From contig JBDRKI010000067.1 of assembly GCA_043814095.1 (NCBI GenBank), positions 1 to 23,526 of the forward strand: a stretch of DNA of 23,526 nucleotides. The letters run 5' to 3'. The notes beneath the pieces are model-generated. The model ran no database searches. It was given only the letters and a program-made list of their open reading frames with translations, and was not told the origin of the DNA. A program made the translations under genes and the position numbers. Source of the stretch: Armatimonadota bacterium. Its GTDB lineage: Bacteria > Vulcanimicrobiota > JACPDS01 > JBDRKI01. Of this stretch, positions 7,431 to 15,998 are shown in pieces (the stretch's first letter is position 1; each line of letters begins with the position of its first letter).

Positions 7431-8699
7431 TCAAACTTTTATTGCGGCTACGGTCTTGACTTTGCTCATTGGCATTATCTCCGAATAAGATACAACAGTC
7501 ACATAAGGGAACGTATTTTCAATGATTTTACGCACAAACCTTCTAAGGTAAGGGCTTGTGAGTATGGCTGCTTTTATTCCCAGCGATTCCATGGTTTTCA
7601 GCTTTTCGTCAATGCCTTTTAAAATTTCAAGCGCTTCGCCCGGGTTTATCATTAAAGTGTTGTTTTTTTCGTCAACTTTGTCAAATATAAGTTTTTCCAA
7701 TGAAGGATCAAGAGCAAGAACATTTATATTGTCATCTTTATCTTTAAGTTTTTCGGTAATATACGCTTTGTTGGCTATTCTTATGTATTCCGTAAGTATA
7801 TTGGGATTTGTTGTCGCAGAGAGATTTTCCAGTACTATTTCAAGTATATTTGCAAGGTTCCGTATACTTATTTCTTCCTTTAGTAAATTTTTTAATATCA
7901 GTCTTAAAGAAGCAACCGAAAGATACCGGGGGAAGAGCTCGTTAACCAAAGCCTCGTTTGTCTGTTTTAGGTTTAAAACAAGGTTATATACGTCGGTATA
8001 ACTTAAAAGCCCTGACGCGTTTGAATAAAGTATTTGGCCCAGCTTGTTTTTTATGGTTAAAATATTTTCTTCGCCGCTTATTCCTTTTTCAATCTCTCCT
8101 TTTGAAGCTAAAACTTCTTTGATAAAAATATTATACTGCCATGACCCGAGGGATGTATTAAGTTCCAGTTTAAAAGGAGGAAGGGCAAGCCCCAGGTCCA
8201 ATGCTATTTTTTGTCTCAGATTTAAAAATGATTCTTCCAGGAGTTTTTTTCTGTTGAATATTTCCTGTCCGGCTTCGACCCTGACGGTGTCAATTTCTAA
8301 AGATTTTAACATATCGGATGTCAGCTTTTTATAATCTGTTTCCAGTTTTTTGGCGAGTGGAAGAATATTAACAAACTTTATCTGTTTCGGAGAAGATTTT
8401 GATTTATAAATGAAAGCGAGGGACTGCGCGGCGGGAACGTAAAAGTCCTTGGGAATAGGGTTTCCTTCTTTAAGTTTTGCAAGCATACCCCTGGTAAAAG
8501 TTGAATTTTCTACTACCGGTATGCCTAAGGATTCCGCTTCAAAAAGGAGACCCTCAAATTCGTTTTTAACTGCTTTTTTAAGAACCACAGGGGTTTCATC
8601 TCCTGAATGTTCTAAGGCGACCCCGAAATCTTTGCCGGAAATTATAACTATATCGGCTTTTGACAGGAATGACGCGCTTTTCTTTTTTTCTTTTGCCAT
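7431..8699 (-). CDS. Soluble fusion of an FlhB/EscU cytoplasmic domain and an FlhA/EscV (FHIPEP) cytoplasmic domain
   Basis: aa ~14-99 resemble FlhB-C (ADIVI..FGVAL..PVVLKK..GIPVVEN..GNPIPKDFYVPAAQSLAFIY). aa ~135-422 resemble FlhA-C (RQKIALDLGLALPP, ILKNLLKEEISIRNLANILE, LTEYIR, LDPSLE, LTSPYLRRFVRKIIE, VVSYSEI). No TM segments. RBS GGAGGG. Confidence 0.85.
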   Translation of the reverse strand: MAKEKKKSASFLSKADIVIISGKDFGVALEHSGDETPVVLKKAVKNEFEGLLFEAESLGIPVVENSTFTRGMLAKLKEGNPIPKDFYVPAAQSLAFIYKSKSSPKQIKFVNILPLAKKLETDYKKLTSDMLKSLEIDTVRVEAGQEIFNRKKLLEESFLNLRQKIALDLGLALPPFKLELNTSLGSWQYNIFIKEVLASKGEIEKGISGEENILTIKNKLGQILYSNASGLLSYTDVYNLVLNLKQTNEALVNELFPRYLSVASLRLILKNLLKEEISIRNLANILEIVLENLSATTNPNILTEYIRIANKAYITEKLKDKDDNINVLALDPSLEKLIFDKVDEKNNTLMINPGEALEILKGIDEKLKTMESLGIKAAILTSPYLRRFVRKIIENTFPYVTVVSYSEIMPMSKVKTVAAIKV

Positions 8700-8713
8700 G
8701 TTTTCCCTCCCGG

Positions 8714-10348
8714 TTACATGCTCTCAGGCATATTTACGCCTAAAAGCCTGCCTGTTATGTTTAATACAATCTGTATAGCGGTAATCAAATATATTCTTGC
8801 AAGGGTTAATCCGGGGTTATCCGGATTTAAAACCCTGTGCTTATTGTAAAAAGAATGAAACAGCGATGCCAGTTCCTGGGAATAATGCGTTAACTGATGA
8901 ACCTCAAAGTTTTTGGCGCAGAGAGTGATTAAAAAAGGCAGGGTTTCAAGCTTTTTTATGATATTTATTTCTTCCTTCTGGGTAAGCAGGGTTAAATCTG
9001 CCGAGCTGATATCGGACTTATTCTCGGCTGATTTTAATATGCTGCATATCCTTGCGTGAGCGTACTGGACATAATAAACGGGATTTTCCTGAGACTGCTT
9101 CTTGGCGAGCTCTAAGTCAAATTCCAGATGCGTGTTGGCGGATTTTGTCAAAAATATGAATCTTACGGCATCCTTCCCGACTTCATCGAGCAGTTCCTGG
9201 AAAGTGACCATTTGCCCACTTCTTTTTGACATTTTTACTATCTCCCCGCCCTTGGTAAGCGTAACCAGCTGTCCTATTATGATTAAAAGATCATCCGGAT
9301 TATATCCCAAGCTCTGGAAAGCGCCCTTCATTCTTTTTACGTAGCCGTGATGGTCCGCTCCCCATATATTTATGAGCAAATCAAAGCTTCTCTGCATTTT
9401 GTTAAGGTGATATGCGGTATCGGCCAGGAAATAAGTGCTCTCCCCGTCCTCTTTTATAATAACCCTGTCTTTATCATCGCCGAAATCCGTGCTTTTGAAA
9501 AAGACTGCCCCGTCTTTTTTGTAAGTATGTCCGGATTCTTCCAGCTTCTTTAAAGCTTCATTAACCTTGTTTTCTTTCTGGAGTTGGGATTCATGAAAAA
9601 AGACGTCAAAACGCACATCTGAAGCTTTAAGAGCTTTCAAAATAAGCTTGTTTAACATGTAATCTATGGCGATATTTTTAAATTCACCGGAAGAAGCATC
9701 TTTTAAAGAATCACCCTTTTCTTCTTTAAGCTTATCCGCGAGATCAATAAGATATTCACCGTGGTATCCGTCCTGCGGGAATTCGCATTTTTCCCCCAGG
9801 GACTGGAGATATCTTGCTTTTAATGATTTTCCAAGCAGGTTAACCTGGTTGCCGTAATCGTTAACATAGTATTCCCGGGTTACTTTGTTGCCTGCAAAAT
9901 CCAGGACATTGGCAAGCGTGTCGCCGAGCACAGCCCATCTGCCGTGAGCCAGATGCATGGGACCGGTGGGATTAACGCTTACAAATTCAAGGTTAATTTT
10001 TTTTGCCCCGGGATTATCATGTTGATGCCCGTAATCCAGTTTTTTTTCAAGGACTTCTTTTAATATTTTATGCCATGCATTATTTTTCAGGAAGAAATTA
10101 ATAAAGCCGGGACCGGCAATATCAACTTTCTCAAAAATCCCCTTTTCTATATTTTCTGTAATTTTTGCGGCTATATCACGCGGGTTTATTTTCAGCTCTT
10201 TGGAAAGAATCAAGGCGGCATTAGTGGAAAAATCGCCGTGGGACCGGTCTTTCGGTATTTCAATCTCAGGCGTGAATTCTTCCGGAATTTTATAGCCGGA
10301 TTTTATAAGCGCGTTAATTATGTTTTGTTTTATCTGATCCCTAATCAT
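8714..10348 (-). CDS. argS: Arginine--tRNA ligase
   Basis: HGDFSTN, AGPGFINF, EFVSVNPTGPMHLAHGR (HIGH-like), WGADHHGY, KMSKRSG, YVQYAHARICSI. Confidence 0.98.
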   Translation of the reverse strand: MIRDQIKQNIINALIKSGYKIPEEFTPEIEIPKDRSHGDFSTNAALILSKELKINPRDIAAKITENIEKGIFEKVDIAGPGFINFFLKNNAWHKILKEVLEKKLDYGHQHDNPGAKKINLEFVSVNPTGPMHLAHGRWAVLGDTLANVLDFAGNKVTREYYVNDYGNQVNLLGKSLKARYLQSLGEKCEFPQDGYHGEYLIDLADKLKEEKGDSLKDASSGEFKNIAIDYMLNKLILKALKASDVRFDVFFHESQLQKENKVNEALKKLEESGHTYKKDGAVFFKSTDFGDDKDRVIIKEDGESTYFLADTAYHLNKMQRSFDLLINIWGADHHGYVKRMKGAFQSLGYNPDDLLIIIGQLVTLTKGGEIVKMSKRSGQMVTFQELLDEVGKDAVRFIFLTKSANTHLEFDLELAKKQSQENPVYYVQYAHARICSILKSAENKSDISSADLTLLTQKEEINIIKKLETLPFLITLCAKNFEVHQLTHYSQELASLFHSFYNKHRVLNPDNPGLTLARIYLITAIQIVLNITGRLLGVNMPESM

Positions 10349-10380
10349 AAATATATTTATATCCTTTTGAATTATGATTA

Positions 10381-11376
10381 TTACTGACTTATCTGCTCTA
10401 TAACCAGATTTGTTTTATTCTGTTTGTTTGAGCGCCAGAAAATTACTTCAACAGTGGCTCGGGGCGGGAGTTCGTCTATAATTTTTTTAAGAGTTGCCCT
10501 GTTTGGCACGTGCTTATTGTTAACATATGTAATTATGTCTCCCCTTCTTAAGCCGGCTTTCAATGCGGGGCTTTCTGCGAAAACGGATATTATCAGCACT
10601 CCCTGCTTTACGTTGAAATTATATCTGCTCGCTATCGAAGGAGTCAGGTCTACGGCGTTAATCCCGATCCATGGTTTTAGGCGGGTATCTTTTTTTGTTG
10701 TGATAATATCTCTCGCTATGGAAAGGGCGTCGTTTATGGGTATCGCGAAACCCAGTCCCTGTGCCGGCGCCACGGCAGATGTGCCGGAGTATACTATGGT
10801 ATTTATTCCTATTACTTCCCCTCTTGAATTTATTAACGGTCCTCCGCTGTTCCCGGGGTTTATGGCGGCGTCGGTTTGTATAAGGTTTTTGTATTTTATG
10901 TTCATGACGCCGAATTCGCGTCCCAAAGCGCTTACGACTCCAGCGGTTACTGTCCATGTAAAATGGAGCGGATTTCCTATAGCTATTACGGTCTGGCCCA
11001 GTCTCAAGTTGTTTGAATTTCCGAACTTAGGGACGGGAAGCTTGTTCTGGGCTGTTATTTTTAATATCGCGAGATCCTGTTCGGGAGATGCTTTTACAAG
11101 AACTGCTTTATACTTTTCCCCGTTGCTGAGGGTAACCATTATATTGCTTGCCCTGTTTATTACATGCGCGTTGGTCATAATATAGCCGCTTTCGGTTATT
11201 ATTAAACCGCTGCCTATACCGGTATTTGATCCCTGATAAGTATCAATATTAACGACACAGGGCTTATTAATATCCACCGCTCTTATTATATCTTCTTCGG
11301 TAGAGGAGTACGCGCAAGCGCAAGCCGCCGTAAATATCAGTAAAACTAGGAATATTAAGCGGTAATTTTTTAACAT
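10381..11376 (-). CDS. HtrA/DegP-family serine protease (S1C trypsin domain plus one PDZ), exported
   Basis: Signal peptide; catalytic triad motifs TNAHV, DLAILKI and IQTDAAINPGNSGGPL; C-terminal PDZ (SPALKAGLRRGDII). Confidence 0.95.
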   Translation of the reverse strand: MLKNYRLIFLVLLIFTAACACAYSSTEEDIIRAVDINKPCVVNIDTYQGSNTGIGSGLIITESGYIMTNAHVINRASNIMVTLSNGEKYKAVLVKASPEQDLAILKITAQNKLPVPKFGNSNNLRLGQTVIAIGNPLHFTWTVTAGVVSALGREFGVMNIKYKNLIQTDAAINPGNSGGPLINSRGEVIGINTIVYSGTSAVAPAQGLGFAIPINDALSIARDIITTKKDTRLKPWIGINAVDLTPSIASRYNFNVKQGVLIISVFAESPALKAGLRRGDIITYVNNKHVPNRATLKKIIDELPPRATVEVIFWRSNKQNKTNLVIEQISQ

Positions 11377-11377
11377 G

Positions 11378-12061
11378 CTACACCCGGATGCCTTTCCATT
11401 TTATTCCCGTGGCCCCGCATGAGGAAAGGTTGTTTATAAAATTCTCCTTAGTTATATTAGGAGGAGCATCGGCCGTGATTTTATACGCCCAGTCGCTTTC
11501 GTCCTCTTCTATCTCAACATTCATCGTTACCAGCTTATTATTTTTCATGAATTCTCTTATCTTATCCATGTTTTTCGCGTCCCTCGGGATCTTAAAGTAA
11601 AGCATGATAGGTATTCTTTCGCCTTTGGCGGTTTCCAGTACTTTTAAGAGTCCCAGTACTAATATTACAAGCAGGGTGGAGAAAAGAGATATGCTGTACC
11701 AGCCCACGCCGCATGCCATGCCTATGGCGGCCGCGGCCCATAATCCTGCGGCTGTTGTCAATCCTCTTATCGCGAGCCCATGTCTTAATATTGTTCCGGC
11801 GCCCAGAAAACCTATGCCTGTTACTATCTGAGCGGCGACACGGGCGGGATCCCTTGTTATGGCATCGCTGAAAAAGCCGTATATGCCTACAAGAGTGAAC
11901 AATGCCGAGCCTATTGCCACAAGCGTGTAGGTCCTGAGACCTGCCGCTCTGTGCGAGCGTTCTCTTTCAAGGCCGATTAAAGCTGCCAGGGCAGCTGCGG
12001 CAAAGAGCCTGAAGAAAAGTTCAAACTGTGTTATATCCGTATTTATCTCAAATATATTCAT
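11378..12061 (-). CDS. MgtC/SapB family membrane protein
   Basis: IGLERE..AGLRTYTLV, DPARVAAQIVTGIGFLGAGTI, GLTTAAGLW. Confidence 0.95.
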   Translation of the reverse strand: MNIFEINTDITQFELFFRLFAAAALAALIGLERERSHRAAGLRTYTLVAIGSALFTLVGIYGFFSDAITRDPARVAAQIVTGIGFLGAGTILRHGLAIRGLTTAAGLWAAAAIGMACGVGWYSISLFSTLLVILVLGLLKVLETAKGERIPIMLYFKIPRDAKNMDKIREFMKNNKLVTMNVEIEEDESDWAYKITADAPPNITKENFINNLSSCGATGIKWKGIRV

Positions 12062-12242
12062 AAGACCGTCCTTTATTAACTTATCTTAGGTGTATAAATA
12101 TGTATTATTTATTCTATTATAAAAATACAAACACCTTCCTGCATGATTGTTATTATATTTAAAAATATTATTAATTTTAACATGGCATTTAAAAGGAATT
12201 TGTAAAAAAAGTAGAATATTTAAAGTTAACAATGGAGGCAAT

Positions 12243-12596
12243 ATGCAGAAACCGTTAATTTTGATTGTTTTTTCCGTGGTAATGGGCGTGGCCGGACAGT
12301 ATTTTTTTAAACTCGGCATGAGTAAGGTAGGTATTGTTAATTTTGACTGGCAGATAATAAAATATTTCTTTAAGCCTTTAATCCTCATGGGACTGGTTTG
12401 TTATGCGGCCGCTACGGCTTCATGGCTGGTTGTTCTGTCTAAGTCTGAACTAAGTTTTGCGTATCCTTTAATAAGCCTGGGGTATATATTAGTGGTCCTG
12501 GTTGGCTTAATAATTTTCAAAGAGAAAGTTTCACTTCTCAGATTTTTAGGCGTTCTTTTAATCTGTGGAGGGGTTTTCCTTACGATAAAGAGTTAA
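12243..12596 (+). CDS. Small DMT/EamA/SMR-like 4-TM transporter (ArnE/ArnF-like)
   Basis: GQYFFKLG, LSKSELSFAYPLISLGYI, FKEKVS..RFLGVLLI. ATG 12243 follows GGAGG; the upstream extension in the ORF track is probably spurious. Confidence 0.88.
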   Translation: MQKPLILIVFSVVMGVAGQYFFKLGMSKVGIVNFDWQIIKYFFKPLILMGLVCYAAATASWLVVLSKSELSFAYPLISLGYILVVLVGLIIFKEKVSLLRFLGVLLICGGVFLTIKS

Positions 12597-12615
12597 AAAC
12601 ATACAGTATAATTAA

Positions 12616-12665
12616 ATAATAAATCCTCAGTATATATAAGTACTTAAATGCTGAGGATTTATTAT
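12616..12665. terminator. Bidirectional intrinsic terminator between convergent genes
   Basis: Perfect 15-bp inverted repeat ATAATAAATCCTCAG (12616-12630) / CTGAGGATTTATTAT (12651-12665). Confidence 0.8.
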
Positions 12666-12671
12666 ATTCGC

Positions 12672-13367
12672 TTATTTATTGCCGCTTAATTTATAGGAAA
12701 CAAGGTCCTGAAGCTGTACAAGGTAATTTATAATTTCTTTGAAATTGAATTTGGACGTGCCGGAAGCCCTGTCGGTGAAAACATAAGGCACTTCCGTGAT
12801 TTTTTTCGCCCTGGCTTTAACGAAGATTTCAAGCCCTATTTTGAATCCGATGGGATTTAATTTTACCCCGTCAATACATTCTTTTTTCACGAAGAAAAAT
12901 CCGGAAGTGGAGTCTTTTACATTTGTAACCACCCGCGAGAGAAGTATTGCTCCTTTTGAAGTTACGAGCCTTCTCCACGGCCAGTTTTTTATATCCCCCC
13001 CGGGCACATACCTGCTGCCCACGGATATATCAGCTCCCTGCTCGGTTATCGCCTTTACAAGTCCGGGTATAACGGCAGGATCATGTGAAAGATCCGCGTC
13101 CATAACCCCGAGTATGTCGCCGGAGGCGATCTTAAATCCCTCAAGAACCGCGGAAGATAGACCCAGCTTTCCCCTCCTGTGCACCGTTTTTACATTATAC
13201 TTCTGGCCGAGTTCATCGGCAACAGCGCCTGTCCCGTCGGGAGAATTGTCATCAACGATTATTACTTCACAGTCTATGTCTGCTTTTTTCGCGTGATCAA
13301 AAATTTTAGGGATGAGAAGTTTTATTGAGTTGCTCTCATTGTATGTAGGTATGACAATAGATATCAT
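12672..13367 (-). CDS. GT2 glycosyltransferase, polyprenol-phosphate mannosyltransferase (DPM1-like)
   Basis: SIVIPTYNE, IVDDNSPDGT, VMDADLSHDP, GSRYVPGG, DSTSGFF, EVPYVFTDR..GTSK. Confidence 0.93.
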   Translation of the reverse strand: MISIVIPTYNESNSIKLLIPKIFDHAKKADIDCEVIIVDDNSPDGTGAVADELGQKYNVKTVHRRGKLGLSSAVLEGFKIASGDILGVMDADLSHDPAVIPGLVKAITEQGADISVGSRYVPGGDIKNWPWRRLVTSKGAILLSRVVTNVKDSTSGFFFVKKECIDGVKLNPIGFKIGLEIFVKARAKKITEVPYVFTDRASGTSKFNFKEIINYLVQLQDLVSYKLSGNK

Positions 13368-13368
13368 T

Positions 13369-13854
13369 TTATATGGTTACCACTTTCCAAGCTGTTAAGA
13401 GGTTGTCACATATCGTATGCATGTTTACGTTGTTTCCTATCCTGATCTCTTTTTCCAGCTTTTTTTCTTTTAAGCTTTCTTCACATATTAGTATGCCGAC
13501 TTCCTGTTCAATGAGGGATGTTAAAAACGGCACGGTCTCGGATTCTTTTTTCGCCAGATATACCGCTTCATTCATCAGGATAAGGGCTTTGGGCTTTATC
13601 CTGTTCTGTGATAAAGCCATAAGAAATTTACTCATAAGCATTTTGCCCAGCTTCTCGTCGCTTCGTCCCAGAATGTTTGAGGTAAGAAGTATTACTACGT
13701 TTTTATGCGAAGCCGAAGGCGTTAGCTTTAAGGCCTGGGGTTCGGCTTTTTCGGAAAAATCATTTTTTAAAGTCCTTAGATAATAACTAAGATCTTTTTC
13801 CAGAAAAGTCGGCGGCAGAGTACCCTGTTTTGCAAAAGTTTCTTTTTTAGACAT
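13369..13854 (-). CDS. DsrE/YedF-like sulfur- or selenium-relay protein
   Basis: LGRSDEKLGKMLMSKFL..LILMNEAVYL..L..L...V.ILIC..IG...NM..I resembles the DsrE domain of YedF. ATG 13854 follows TGGAGA. Confidence 0.75.
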   Translation of the reverse strand: MSKKETFAKQGTLPPTFLEKDLSYYLRTLKNDFSEKAEPQALKLTPSASHKNVVILLTSNILGRSDEKLGKMLMSKFLMALSQNRIKPKALILMNEAVYLAKKESETVPFLTSLIEQEVGILICEESLKEKKLEKEIRIGNNVNMHTICDNLLTAWKVVTI

Positions 13855-13998
13855 ATAAAATCTCCAAGATATAAAGATAAATTCTATTGAATTAGAAAAA
13901 ATCCTGTTAAATATCGGCAAATCCTAAATTTTTTAAAGAGGTTTTTTTATTCTTAAAAAGAAAAATTATATTTATCAAAAGCATTATAGAGGTTTTAT

Positions 13999-15927
13999 AT
14001 GAAAAAAGTATTTTTAATCATATTTTTATTCATCCTTTCATTTATTTTATTCGGATGTTCTGGCGGCAGTATGTTTGGCGGCGGCACGTCTCAGGATCAG
14101 GCAAAATCCGGCAGCGGCAGTATGTCAATTACCGTTCACTGGCCGGAGGCCGCAAAGTCCACGGTTCTTTCTTCCGCGTACAGTTTAAAATTTAATGTAT
14201 GCACCCAGATCAGGGATTTATCGGGGGTAACTATCTACAGGCGCGAGATCCCCGCTAATATTATGAAAAGACAGTCTTCTTCGGCCAGCACGGAATCAAA
14301 AAGATTAGAAGCCATACCCGTGGGGCAGAAAGTATTAATAGTTCAGGCGTATGATTCAAACGCAACGGAGTTAGGGTACGCGACTTCCCGGGTAGAGATT
14401 AAGCAGGGCGATAATGATGAAGCGAGCGTTTCGCTTGCAAACGGTGTTTTTGGTTATGATATATTCGGGATCAGTGATGCATCCCCGCCCGTTGAAGGGG
14501 TAACCCCAACTAATCCTTATGTTTTGAGAGTTTATCCCGAACAAGCCTACGCGGGGGATTCGATAGCGATTTCGGGTGACAATTTCGGATTTGAACAAGG
14601 ATCTTCCACGGTAGCGATTAACGGAGCCGAAGCTACCGATATTATTTATTGGGGGAATAAGTATATTAAATGTACGGTTCCTGCAGGCGGTACTCTTTAC
14701 GGGAACATCATAGTGACAGTTGACGGGAACGAATCCAACGGTGTTCCCTTTAAGATCAGTTACCAGACAAACGCCCCTTATATAAACGGGATATCTCCCG
14801 TAAGCGGGCTTGCGGGGGCCTCCGTAACTATTTTGGGCAGCGGGTTTGGCTTTTTGCAGGGTTCATCAACGGTTTCCTTTAACGGTACTGCCACAAATTA
14901 TATTACCGAATGGGGGAACGGGCGTATTGTGTGTGAGGTGCCTTCGGGCGCGACAACGGGGAATGTTGTGGTAACGGTAAACAATGTTTCTTCAAACGGC
15001 GTGTACTTTACTGTTTCGCAAACCGCGGCAGACTGGGTATCGGTATTTATGCCGGCAGGTAAATTTCTTTATTCTGTATGGGTTGCACAGACAGGACAAG
15101 TATATATAGGCGAGAGTTATCCGGATAGATTTGTGCATAAACTTTCCGGCGGCAGTGATGGCAGCATTGTAGCTGTATTTCCGGAGGACGTGACAGTGGT
15201 TAATTCAATATGGGGAACCGGTTATCAAAATATATACGTCGGGCTGACAAGTAATTTGCCGGTTCACCGGCTGTCACATTATACAACTGGAATGTGGCTG
15301 TATCAGACAATTTCGGATATTGAGGGAAGCGCCTCAACAATGAAAATATGGGGCACTTCGGATCAGAACATTTTTGCGGCCGTAAGCAAGCTAGGAGTGA
15401 CAAGCTGGGGGGGCAAAATTTATAAATATGACGGTTTTGAATGGACTGAGGTATCGTCTTCCCAAGAACCGATTTATTCCATACACGGCTATAGTGCGGG
15501 TAAGATATATTATGTGGGCGCGGGAGGCACTATATGTTATTCGGGCAATAACGGCGATACCTGGATTCCCGTAACTTCATCTACTACCCAGAGGCTTAAT
15601 GATGTCTGGGTCAGCGCAACCGGCAAAGTTTATGCCGTGGGCATGGGGGGCACAATAGTTTATTATAACGGGACAGGGTGGGGTGTAATGTATTCCGGCA
15701 CAAACCAGAATTTATACGGCGTATGGGGGACTTCGGATACCAATATTTATGCGGTAGGCGCTTCCGGGACCATACTCCATTATGACGGGAATAACGGTAA
15801 ATTCTGGGGTCAGACTACTTCAGGAACCACAAATAATCTGTATGATATAGAAGGGATATCTTCATCATATATATATGTTGTAGGCAATAACAGTACTATA
15901 CTGCGTTATTCGGGCGGTAATAATTAA
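13999..15927 (+). CDS. Surface lipoprotein with two IPT/TIG domains and a C-terminal beta-propeller
   Basis: Lipobox LFGC; two repeats of P..G.AG.S.TI.G..FG..QGSSTV..NG.....W....I.C.VP.G; repeated blades L..VWG.S..NIYAVG..GTI..Y.G..W. Confidence 0.85.
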   Translation: MKKVFLIIFLFILSFILFGCSGGSMFGGGTSQDQAKSGSGSMSITVHWPEAAKSTVLSSAYSLKFNVCTQIRDLSGVTIYRREIPANIMKRQSSSASTESKRLEAIPVGQKVLIVQAYDSNATELGYATSRVEIKQGDNDEASVSLANGVFGYDIFGISDASPPVEGVTPTNPYVLRVYPEQAYAGDSIAISGDNFGFEQGSSTVAINGAEATDIIYWGNKYIKCTVPAGGTLYGNIIVTVDGNESNGVPFKISYQTNAPYINGISPVSGLAGASVTILGSGFGFLQGSSTVSFNGTATNYITEWGNGRIVCEVPSGATTGNVVVTVNNVSSNGVYFTVSQTAADWVSVFMPAGKFLYSVWVAQTGQVYIGESYPDRFVHKLSGGSDGSIVAVFPEDVTVVNSIWGTGYQNIYVGLTSNLPVHRLSHYTTGMWLYQTISDIEGSASTMKIWGTSDQNIFAAVSKLGVTSWGGKIYKYDGFEWTEVSSSQEPIYSIHGYSAGKIYYVGAGGTICYSGNNGDTWIPVTSSTTQRLNDVWVSATGKVYAVGMGGTIVYYNGTGWGVMYSGTNQNLYGVWGTSDTNIYAVGASGTILHYDGNNGKFWGQTTSGTTNNLYDIEGISSSYIYVVGNNSTILRYSGGNN

Positions 15928-15998
15928 TATGTTGCAGGAAATCCGGTAAATATACTATAATTACACTGTATCTCAATCCTTATATTAACGGGGAATCA

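Noticed and set aside
10349-10380. T-box leader for argS
   Set aside because: Only 32 bp separate htrA and argS, and there is no T-box consensus.
10424-11185. 253-aa plus-strand ORF and the other ORFs nested within or antisense to hypF, hypD, hypE, argS, GT2, dnaE and fic
   Set aside because: They are shadow frames of well-supported genes and have no recognisable motifs.
12086-12388. 100-aa minus-strand ORF, and the 5' extension of the DMT gene to 12147
   Set aside because: It overlaps the DMT gene and an AT-rich divergent promoter region. The GGAGG-ATG at 12243 is the better start.
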